Positions 50,089-58,146 of a DNA stretch of 64,000 nucleotides are shown here, in pieces; within the stretch, counting starts at the first letter, position 1; each line of letters opens with the position of its first letter. Source of the DNA: a virus (Duplodnaviria > Caudoviricetes); the IMG/VR virus record IMGVR_UViG_3300032303_002003, positions 68,904 through 132,903 of that record; one strand, 5' to 3'. The notes below the pieces were generated by a model, which saw nothing but the letters and a program-made list of their open reading frames with translations, was not told where the DNA came from and did not search any database. The translations under genes and the position numbers were made by a program.

Positions 50089-50462
50089 AATACATTATAA
50101 CAGAAGAACAACATTTAAGATTATATAAGATAATGAAAAATCTTATGCTTGAAAGGCTTCCAATACTTGAATTTCCTCTTGAAAAAAAGAATATTTTTGT
50201 AAAGGGTAATAGTGGATATGGTTCAGGTTTAGATGACTATAACAAATTTACAACATTCTATAAAGATGCTGATGGTGAGCCTTGGTTTAAAGAATTTGAT
50301 GATAGAGATAGATTTGAAGATTCCAAATGGGAGGTTAATGAAGGATTAGAATTTCTTTTTGATGTATTTGGTGAAGATTTGTTTATGGATTTCGTTAAAC
50401 ATTATTTTAACATAAACCTTAGAGTAAAAGGTAATAAATCTTGGGATTGGGTTTTTAGATAA
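50085..50462 (+). CDS. leader-bearing hypothetical protein
   Basis: MKYIITEEQ. Confidence 0.7.
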   Translation: MKYIITEEQHLRLYKIMKNLMLERLPILEFPLEKKNIFVKGNSGYGSGLDDYNKFTTFYKDADGEPWFKEFDDRDRFEDSKWEVNEGLEFLFDVFGEDLFMDFVKHYFNINLRVKGNKSWDWVFR

Positions 50463-50930
50463 TTATATGTAAGCTGGTTTGTTGTTTAATTCTTCTTCTG
50501 TTGGTGGTACTACATAATATATGTTGAATAAACTATAATGTGGTTCAAATCCTATTCTTTGTGATAAATTTTCAATTTCTGTTGATAGTTCATATGGTTG
50601 TCCTTTATAATTATTATCTACAAAACGTTTATCAATCTCCATTCCGTAATATATAAACATATCTTCTTTTGATGTATAGTTTCCCCAATTCTTACTCAAA
50701 TTTTCAAAGTATTCAGGTTTGATTTCTATGAGTATTCTTGCACCCCAAGTGTTACGCATCATTCCTCTATGAAACTCTTCCTCTTCTTTTAATTCAACTG
50801 AATAAAGTTTTTCAACCCAAGTATAATCACCTTTCTTTAAGATGAGTTTATTAATCATCTTTGCTAAAACTTCCTCTGAATGAGCTTTGTCTTCTCTTAA
50901 TACTTTTCTTATGGTTTCTCTTAAATTCAT
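50463..50930 (-). CDS. leader-bearing hypothetical protein
   Basis: MNLRETIRKVLRED. Confidence 0.7.
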   Translation of the reverse strand: MNLRETIRKVLREDKAHSEEVLAKMINKLILKKGDYTWVEKLYSVELKEEEEFHRGMMRNTWGARILIEIKPEYFENLSKNWGNYTSKEDMFIYYGMEIDKRFVDNNYKGQPYELSTEIENLSQRIGFEPHYSLFNIYYVVPPTEEELNNKPAYI

Positions 50931-52198
50931 TAAACTTTTCTTTTAATTAGTGAGAAGTAATACCCCATATTATTATTCTTATCACCAGGTTTTTTAATAA
51001 GTAGTGGTTGTCCTACCATACCATCTAATTTTTTCTTAACTTCCTTCCAATCTAAATCGGGAAACCAAGATGCGAAATTTCTTAATAAATCATTCCAAGA
51101 TTCAAATTTGTCTGAAAAACCATTTCCTCCGTGTCTATATGCATGCTTCCAAAATATGTAAGAATCACCTAAAATATTATTATCTAACTCAAAAAAATTA
51201 TCTATGAATTCTTTGAGCTGTTTTCCGTATCTTTCACGAAAAAACTCTGCCAATTCATCTACCAACTTTTGTTTTTCATCATCAGGCATTTCGTATAGTT
51301 CAGGTACTTCATCAATAAAAACATATGCGGTATAATGACAAGCCCTACTAGTCAAACCAGCTAAATTGTTTGATTCTTTACTATATCTGTATGAACTAAG
51401 TGCTTGTTTTTTAAGTTGGTTAAATACGCTATCGTCGTCACCAAAATTAACTCTTCTTCTTAATGATGGAGGAACCGTAGATTCTTCTGTTATTTGTTCT
51501 TCATCACCAAATTCATCAATATATCTTTTTTTAATTTTGTCGTAGTAATATCTTTCCAAAAATTTCATTATGTTTTCTTCTTCTTCTTTTGTTATTCTTA
51601 TTTCAGGTTCTTCAAGCTCACCTTCTTCACCCCAATATTCAAATTCTTGTGATACATAATCAATATAAACATTAAAAATAACTTTATCTACAAACCACTG
51701 AATTCCCGCTTTTTTCAATACACTATGACTTATATGACTAACACACCAATCAATTGCTTCATCAACAATACTATCCAAATTATTAACCCTTCTTAATACT
51801 TTGTTGAGAAGAGATTTGGTTCTATCGTTGCTTTCCTTTATCATTTCACTATCTTCGCACTTTTCAACATATTTTGTATATAAATCAACATTTACTCCAA
51901 ACATATTGTATACCACAAGCCAAATTTCATCAAATATTTTTTCTTCCTTCTCTCTTACCGCTTCTGTTCTTGGCCAGTTCTTACTTCCATATCCACCAAT
52001 AAAATATACCGACACTTTATAATCATTTTCCAAATATTTGCCTCCTGATATTGTTTCCCTGTCCCAAGGAGCCACTACTTCAACTTTACACACATTACCA
52101 TATTGTGGAACAATAATTGTATCCAATAATTTAGTGATTAGATTAGTATAATCTCTCTCTTCTTTTAAAATTCTTCTTATGGTATGTTTTAGGTTCAT
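50930..52198 (-). CDS. leader-bearing multi-module polyprotein-like protein
   Basis: MNLKHTIRRILKEE; linkers MIKES, QITEES. Confidence 0.75.
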   Translation of the reverse strand: MNLKHTIRRILKEERDYTNLITKLLDTIIVPQYGNVCKVEVVAPWDRETISGGKYLENDYKVSVYFIGGYGSKNWPRTEAVREKEEKIFDEIWLVVYNMFGVNVDLYTKYVEKCEDSEMIKESNDRTKSLLNKVLRRVNNLDSIVDEAIDWCVSHISHSVLKKAGIQWFVDKVIFNVYIDYVSQEFEYWGEEGELEEPEIRITKEEEENIMKFLERYYYDKIKKRYIDEFGDEEQITEESTVPPSLRRRVNFGDDDSVFNQLKKQALSSYRYSKESNNLAGLTSRACHYTAYVFIDEVPELYEMPDDEKQKLVDELAEFFRERYGKQLKEFIDNFFELDNNILGDSYIFWKHAYRHGGNGFSDKFESWNDLLRNFASWFPDLDWKEVKKKLDGMVGQPLLIKKPGDKNNNMGYYFSLIKRKV

Positions 52199-52800
52199 TA
52201 TGGATTAACTTTTAACATATTATAAAAATAATTGGTAATACCTTCAAAGTTCTTTGCTTTTTTTCGTTTCAAATCATTTCTTGTTTTAGATATTAAATTC
52301 TCAAAATGTGATATAGGTACGTTACGATAAACCGCATTTAAAAATGGAGTATCTTCTTTATCTATTACCCCCAATTTAATAAATTCTCTCACTTTTCTTG
52401 TTGCAAACTCATCAGCAATTATCTCTATTTCTTTCATCGTTTCGGCAGCCTCTTCAACACTTATCTCGCCCAAATAACATTCATACATTTTATCATCACC
52501 ATATTTTTTATATTGATATTGGTGAGCAATTTCGTGAGCCACAACAAATAAAAAAGATGATAATGGATACCTAAAAATTATATTATTGAAGACAATCCCA
52601 TTATGTAATGCCAATCCCATTGCAGGATGTTTAAATTGGGAAACTTCTATCTTCTTACAATTTGAATTTTCAATAAATGATTTGAGATTATCAATATATG
52701 GTTCAATTTCAGGATATTTAGATACGACACTGGTTAAGAATGGTTGTATCCCTTCTGTCTCTTCTTTTAAAATTCTTCTTATGGTGTTTTTTATACTCAT
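52198..52800 (-). CDS. leader-bearing zincin-like metallopeptidase
   Basis: MSIKNTIRRILKEE; VAHEIAHQYQ ... EIIADEFA. Confidence 0.75.
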   Translation of the reverse strand: MSIKNTIRRILKEETEGIQPFLTSVVSKYPEIEPYIDNLKSFIENSNCKKIEVSQFKHPAMGLALHNGIVFNNIIFRYPLSSFLFVVAHEIAHQYQYKKYGDDKMYECYLGEISVEEAAETMKEIEIIADEFATRKVREFIKLGVIDKEDTPFLNAVYRNVPISHFENLISKTRNDLKRKKAKNFEGITNYFYNMLKVNP

Positions 52801-54407
52801 GGCAAATTAAATCCTTTTATGTAATGTTCAACTAACATAATAAATATTTCGTGAATATCTTTGTTAGACAGTTTTTCGTATGATACGTGAACATCGTTGA
52901 GAGCTCCATAACCAGCTTTATAAAAAACAGTTATAGATACTCTTTTAATTCCAAAATAAGCAATTTCCCACTCCTCAACATCAGTTTCCTTATAAACAAT
53001 TGGGTCTTCATTCAAATCGTGAACTGATATTCCTCCGTGTTTTAAAACAATATCTCTAATAAAATTTTCCTCTATTTCCCTTGTTATTGTACCTTCACCA
53101 ACTATTCTAACCAAGTCATCATAACTTCCAACAATATCAAGTGCATCTCCAATTCCTTTATTTTGTATTATATCAGTAAACTTTTTTGAGAGTGAGCTTG
53201 ATTCAGTTAAACTTTTCTTTTCAATCGCCTTGTGATACACATTTCTTATTCTATCACCAAATAAGGATTGAATTCCACCCTTTATTTCCAAAATTTCATC
53301 ATCTTTATATGTAACACTTGATTCAACAAAAGTATCATAAATGTATTCCCAAAGGTGTTCTATAACTAAATAAACAAATTCTGTTTCACCCAATTTTTCA
53401 AGTGGTATAACATTTTTATCTCTCAAATGCCATTCTATCTCATCATATATTATTAAATCCAAATGATAAAGTAAGTCATTAGGATTTATCCTTCTAAAAA
53501 GCTTATTTAATTGTTTTTTTCTATCAATATCTTCCGTAATTTTAACTTTGGTATCACAAGGTAGTGTAATAACAATCACATCAAGATGGGGTAGAAAATC
53601 ATTTATGTGTAATCTTACTTTAGTTTCAAATTCGGTGCCTCTTGTATGAGTTTCAAGAATTACAAGATAATGTCTAAAAGATTCATCATCTCCAAAGGTA
53701 TTATCCATAGCCCTAACTTGGACACCGCATAGCATATAAATCTTCATATTCAAGACAATCTCTTCAATATATTTGCACCACTTATCTTTTTTAAACTTAT
53801 TTTCCTTTCCCTCTTCTTCTGTTATTGTATCTTTGTTTAAAATACCCAAATCTTTTTTTATGTAATCTGTGTAATTATCTTTGATATAAAAATAAACCCA
53901 ATCATATTCTTTATCTTCATAATCTATTTTATTAATATCACAAAAATCACCAATAACTAAATCAAACATCGTGCTCATTAACACATCCTCATCGTATCTT
54001 TCAATATCATACTGGTAAGCGTGAGAATGTTGTGAGATTATGTCTTTGATTTGTTCGCCTCTGCGTCTCATAAACATCTCAAATCTTTTCCATTTTTTTT
54101 GCTCGTGACTATCACTTTCTTCAATAACAGGTTCACCATCACAATTGGATTCATCATAACGCTCTTTTATTTTCTTTGCATATATTTTGGAAACAACATC
54201 CCAAATTTCATTTGCATTATCCCTAAAAAATCCCTCCGAATCTATATAAGAAAATTCCGCCTTTAATGCAATAGCAAAATGACCCAATCCGTGATAATCA
54301 CAAGGGTATATAAAAGGATATGAGTTTCTAATTATACCCCATATCTCATCAAGCCTACGTAAAATTTGTAATCTTATATTTTGTTCTTCTGTAATTATAA
54401 ATTTCAT
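52797..54407 (-). CDS. five-module polyprotein-like protein
   Basis: MKFIITEEQ; linkers VIEES, TITEE, KITED, SLTES. Confidence 0.75.
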   Translation of the reverse strand: MKFIITEEQNIRLQILRRLDEIWGIIRNSYPFIYPCDYHGLGHFAIALKAEFSYIDSEGFFRDNANEIWDVVSKIYAKKIKERYDESNCDGEPVIEESDSHEQKKWKRFEMFMRRRGEQIKDIISQHSHAYQYDIERYDEDVLMSTMFDLVIGDFCDINKIDYEDKEYDWVYFYIKDNYTDYIKKDLGILNKDTITEEEGKENKFKKDKWCKYIEEIVLNMKIYMLCGVQVRAMDNTFGDDESFRHYLVILETHTRGTEFETKVRLHINDFLPHLDVIVITLPCDTKVKITEDIDRKKQLNKLFRRINPNDLLYHLDLIIYDEIEWHLRDKNVIPLEKLGETEFVYLVIEHLWEYIYDTFVESSVTYKDDEILEIKGGIQSLFGDRIRNVYHKAIEKKSLTESSSLSKKFTDIIQNKGIGDALDIVGSYDDLVRIVGEGTITREIEENFIRDIVLKHGGISVHDLNEDPIVYKETDVEEWEIAYFGIKRVSITVFYKAGYGALNDVHVSYEKLSNKDIHEIFIMLVEHYIKGFNLP

Positions 54408-54416
54408 TTTATATAA

Positions 54417-54755
54417 TTATTTGTTATACTCCTCACAAGTCATTTTATATATTTCTTTGAGCTCATTTCCAAACCAATCATAACACATACTAGTAACTAT
54501 TTCATTAATCTCTTCATATCTATAATCATCAAACATTTCTTCGTGTGTTGATAAAAAGTAACTTACCGCATCATTTATAACCGCATCCATATATTCATAT
54601 TCATAATGAAAATCACTACATAATGTTGGGTATTCCATTTCCGCATCATTAATATATTCTTTAAGAGTTTCTTTATTAAGTCTTCTTTTAACCCATAACA
54701 TAGGGTCTGACTCACATAATAATTTTGATTGTGATTCTGTTATTATAAATTTCAT
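54417..54755 (-). CDS. leader plus RR-module protein
   Basis: MKFIITESQ..WVKRRL...LCSDF. Confidence 0.75.
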   Translation of the reverse strand: MKFIITESQSKLLCESDPMLWVKRRLNKETLKEYINDAEMEYPTLCSDFHYEYEYMDAVINDAVSYFLSTHEEMFDDYRYEEINEIVTSMCYDWFGNELKEIYKMTCEEYNK

Positions 54756-54768
54756 CTTATATAAATAT

Positions 54769-54795
54769 CAAAATCCCTCCTTTTGGGGAGGGAAT
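54769..54795 (-). terminator. intrinsic terminator
   Basis: TCCCTCC-loop-GGAGGGA. Confidence 0.6.
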
Positions 54796-54812
54796 TAATT
54801 GTTTAATTATTT

Positions 54813-54899
54813 TTAATCTTCATCATCCTCATCTTTGGTATATTGCCAGTTCCAATACAAATCTTCATTAGGTTTGAATCCATAAAATTTATGAACTTC
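54813..54899 (-). pseudogene. orphan fragment homologous to the C-terminus of the flavodoxin-like gene
   Basis: EVHKFYGFKPNEDLYWNWQYTKD versus KVHSFYGFKPNDKFYWNWQYTSK in 14027-14794; no own start codon. Confidence 0.75.
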
Positions 54900-55299
54900 C
54901 TTTATAGATTAATTCTAAACATTCAGGAGAAATATTTTCAAATGTAAGTATATTATATTCATAATCCCCACCTTTATAATGATTATCTTTATACCAAATA
55001 ACTCCCGCACATTTTGTATCAATTACCCATATATCATCATCCCAAGTAGAGTCATACCAATAATTTTCATTTTCGGAGTCTGTTGCAAAAATCGCTGGCT
55101 TACATTCCTCTTTACTAAAATTTTGTGAATAAATCTTATAACATTCACCAACCGACGCCTTTAATCCTGTACGTTTTATATCATCTCTCCAAACAGGATT
55201 TGATTTATGAATAAGAAACTTACCCGGAGTATACTCATCTCCCGCCGGCGAATATAATTCTTCTCTTAATACTTTTTTTATGGTTTGTCTTATATTCAT
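54889..55299 (-). CDS. leader-bearing ADP-ribosyltransferase-fold-like protein
   Basis: MNIRQTIKKVLREE; LIHKS...IKRTGL...AIFAT...IWVID...ENISPECL. Confidence 0.55.
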   Translation of the reverse strand: MNIRQTIKKVLREELYSPAGDEYTPGKFLIHKSNPVWRDDIKRTGLKASVGECYKIYSQNFSKEECKPAIFATDSENENYWYDSTWDDDIWVIDTKCAGVIWYKDNHYKGGDYEYNILTFENISPECLELIYKGSS

Positions 55300-55300
55300 T

Positions 55301-55720
55301 TTATTTTGTTTTCTTTACACAGTTAGGATATTTTTTACCAAACATTGTTTTCATTCCTTTTTGAGTATATCCCGCCCAACATCTTTCAGTTAGTTCTGAT
55401 TCTTTCATCTCTTTTTGCTCTTCTTTGTGGGGATTTTCTAATTCGTTAATAGATTTTACAAGTTTATGACATTTTTCACTTACCCCACCCTTTTCGTGGT
55501 CAGTTATTGATACCTTTACTTTGTTGTAATTTATTGTGATATCCGGATGATGGTTTTGTTGTTCCGCTATCTTCGCAACTTTATTAACAAAATCTATTGA
55601 ATCATTAAAATCTTTGAATTTGAATGTTTTTTCCAATTTTTCTTTGGACGTTCCCCAATCTTTGGATTCAATTACATTCATCACTTCTTGTATTCTCTGT
55701 ATGTTTTCTTGTAGGTTCAT
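55301..55720 (-). CDS. leader plus pterin-4a-carbinolamine dehydratase-like domain plus CWxGY tail
   Basis: LEKTFKFKDF..SIDFVNKVAKIAEQQNHHPDI...THDxGG-like TDHEKGGVSEK. Confidence 0.85.
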   Translation of the reverse strand: MNLQENIQRIQEVMNVIESKDWGTSKEKLEKTFKFKDFNDSIDFVNKVAKIAEQQNHHPDITINYNKVKVSITDHEKGGVSEKCHKLVKSINELENPHKEEQKEMKESELTERCWAGYTQKGMKTMFGKKYPNCVKKTK

Positions 55721-55721
55721 A

Positions 55722-56111
55722 TTATTTTTCTGATTCAGGTATTTTAGTATCTTTGATAAATTTATCGTGAGCATCCTTATATGACTTTTGACTTTCATCA
55801 TTCACATCTTCATCACCGACGAGAGAATAATTTATTTCATCAAGAATCACATTTACAGAAAAAGATTTACCTTTCTTATTGTGGAACTTTCCATCTTCGT
55901 ATTCAGATAGTTTAGATGCATCACCCATAACATCAGGAAATACATATTCATTCCACATACTAATAATTTCATTAGCTGATGTTGATGAACCAACTTCAGA
56001 ATGTAATCCTTTATATTTTTTTGGGATTTTTATGTCGTTTTTTCCCTCACTAATAATTTTTTTAACCAATCTTGTTAAATCAGATTCAGTTAATTTTACA
56101 ATTTTTCTCAT
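55722..56111 (-). CDS. leader-bearing hypothetical protein
   Basis: MRKIVKLTESDLTRLVKKIISE. Confidence 0.7.
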   Translation of the reverse strand: MRKIVKLTESDLTRLVKKIISEGKNDIKIPKKYKGLHSEVGSSTSANEIISMWNEYVFPDVMGDASKLSEYEDGKFHNKKGKSFSVNVILDEINYSLVGDEDVNDESQKSYKDAHDKFIKDTKIPESEK

Positions 56112-56122
56112 ATTTTTTTATA

Positions 56123-56434
56123 TTATTCTTCATTTAATAAACTTTCAAGTTCATCTGCCAGACTTTCAAGTTCGTCCATCCTTCTTCTTCCTGCTATACT
56201 CGTTCTAAAAAATCTTTTCTTATTTAATTTTCTAACTTCATCTACCAATTCCTCAAAACTCATATCATAAAGTTCATCTTCATCTATTATATCCATTCCC
56301 GTCAATAAATCAGTAATTTTTCCTGATACGTCTAATAACTTATCTGTGTGAAAATCTTCGTCTTCGTCTTCCTTTATTATTTTTTTAACCAATCTTGTTA
56401 AATCAGATTCAGTTAATTTTACAATTTTTTTCAT
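56123..56434 (-). CDS. leader-bearing acidic protein
   Basis: MKKIVKLTESDLTRLVKKIIKE. Confidence 0.7.
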   Translation of the reverse strand: MKKIVKLTESDLTRLVKKIIKEDEDEDFHTDKLLDVSGKITDLLTGMDIIDEDELYDMSFEELVDEVRKLNKKRFFRTSIAGRRRMDELESLADELESLLNEE

Positions 56435-56455
56435 TATAAAGTTTTATTATAAATA

Positions 56456-57727
56456 TCACTTATTTAGTAACTTTTTAGAATACTTTTCTCTGTGGAATTT
56501 TATAGCGAATCTGTGAACCTCATCCTGTATCTTTGCAAGAACGGAATAGTTCATACTATCCATAATAGATTTTCTTGAACCATCCGTGAGATGAATGGTT
56601 GATGACTTGTGTTTATCATCTTTGGATATGGAGATTAAATCAACTTTGTCTGTGATATGAAGAGCACCAAATACTTTGATTGCAACATTAAGTTGTCCAA
56701 CCCCACCATCAATAACAACAAGGTGTGGTAGTTGTTTTTTCTCATCAAGTAAGCGTTTGAACCTTCTGTGTAATACTTCACCAAAAGATGCGTAGTCATT
56801 AGCACCCGAGAATGATTTAATATTAAACTTTCTGTATTCACTCTTATCAGGAACTTGATTAACAAATCTAACAGATGCAGCAACATTACAATCACCCTGA
56901 TGATGTGAATTATCAAACGCCTCAATAATAACAGGAAGATTCTTTAATCCTAATGTGTTTTGTATATCCGCAGCAACTTTACCAATCTGTCTAACACGAA
57001 CGGGTTCAACCGCAGTTTCAAGTTGATTAAGGGCATTAAGTCGGTGTAGATATGTGTTTGCTTTCTCAAACTCCATATTCTGTGATAAGGCGTTCATCTC
57101 CCTTGTTAATTCCTTTCTAACAAAAGAAAAGTTCAACTCAAATAACTTTTTGATTAACATTATGTTTTTGAAGTTTTGGAATATAACATCAACATTAACA
57201 CAAGGAGCCATACATCTACCCAAATGATACTCCAAACAAGGTTTGAACTTACCATCCTTGATTGCTATTGTTGTGAGCTCATAAGAGCAAGAACGGAGAG
57301 GAAAAACATCGTGAAGTAGGTTGTATACCTCCTGACACTTTAACCCATTTGTGAAGTCCATAGAGGGTCTATCTTCGGGTTTTTCTCTAACCATTTGAAG
57401 ACGGGGAACAGGATTATCTGTTATGGTGATAGACCAATTACGAGTCTTATCATCCTTACCTTTGATGTTAAACCTTGGCTTATATAATTTGATTAGTTCT
57501 TCTTCAAGAGCGATTGCATCCTGTTCGGTGGGTGTGGTTCTAAACTCAACATCTTTGATATTCTCAACAAGGAGTTTTGTCTTACCTTCTTGGGTTTTTT
57601 TGAAATAAGAGTTGACACGTCTTGGTAGGTATTTAGACATACCCACATATATAATCTGTTCCTTGTCATCTTTAAAGATGTAACAACCTGCAGATTTTGG
57701 TGCCGACTTGACTTTTTCCATTAACAT
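56456..57727 (-). CDS. uvrC: UvrC-like excinuclease (GIY-YIG, Cys-rich, UVR, RNase H-like; no C-terminal HhH)
   Basis: GCYIF...IIYVG, EEELIKLYKPRFN, CLEYHLGRCMAPC, IEAFDNSH, YRKFNI, VIDGGVGQL, IQDEVHRFA. Confidence 0.9.
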   Translation of the reverse strand: MLMEKVKSAPKSAGCYIFKDDKEQIIYVGMSKYLPRRVNSYFKKTQEGKTKLLVENIKDVEFRTTPTEQDAIALEEELIKLYKPRFNIKGKDDKTRNWSITITDNPVPRLQMVREKPEDRPSMDFTNGLKCQEVYNLLHDVFPLRSCSYELTTIAIKDGKFKPCLEYHLGRCMAPCVNVDVIFQNFKNIMLIKKLFELNFSFVRKELTREMNALSQNMEFEKANTYLHRLNALNQLETAVEPVRVRQIGKVAADIQNTLGLKNLPVIIEAFDNSHHQGDCNVAASVRFVNQVPDKSEYRKFNIKSFSGANDYASFGEVLHRRFKRLLDEKKQLPHLVVIDGGVGQLNVAIKVFGALHITDKVDLISISKDDKHKSSTIHLTDGSRKSIMDSMNYSVLAKIQDEVHRFAIKFHREKYSKKLLNK

Positions 57728-57749
57728 AGGACAAAGATAGGATAATTAT

Positions 57750-58142
57750 TTAATTCTGCCTATTAAAATTTAATATTTTTGTTGTACTATATTGGGGTAT
57801 TCTATCAAAAAATATCAGTTCTTTTGCGTATTCACTACCATAAACGGGCTGTCCTATGTAATCACTACCTACAACCATATAGTCAGGTTCATACTCTTTA
57901 ATTAATTCAATCATATATTCTCTTGAAGAAAATATTTTAACATCATTAACACATTTGAGTGCCAATAACATATCAACTCTATCTTTAATATTATTGAATG
58001 GTCTGTCTTCCCCTTTAAGTTCTTTAACTCTTTCGTCAGTATCAACCCCAACTCTTAAAGTTCCAAGAGAGGCGGCATATTCCAATAATCTAATGTGTCC
58101 AATGTGTAGAACATCAAATGTTCCGTTTACCCAAACTTTCAT
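57750..58142 (-). CDS. heptose-1-phosphate nucleotidyltransferase (HldC/RfaE domain II-like)
   Basis: NGTFDVLHIGH, VGVDTD..VKELKG..RP, VGSDY, RIPQYSTT. Confidence 0.85.
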   Translation of the reverse strand: MKVWVNGTFDVLHIGHIRLLEYAASLGTLRVGVDTDERVKELKGEDRPFNNIKDRVDMLLALKCVNDVKIFSSREYMIELIKEYEPDYMVVGSDYIGQPVYGSEYAKELIFFDRIPQYSTTKILNFNRQN

Positions 58143-58146
58143 ATCT

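Noticed and set aside
46718-54755. Diversity-generating retroelement explaining the paralogs
   Set aside because: No reverse transcriptase and no TR/VR pair differing only at adenines was seen.
5807-56455. T4-type TATAAATA late promoters
   Set aside because: The motif is consistently TATTTAT on the coding strand, the opposite orientation to T4.
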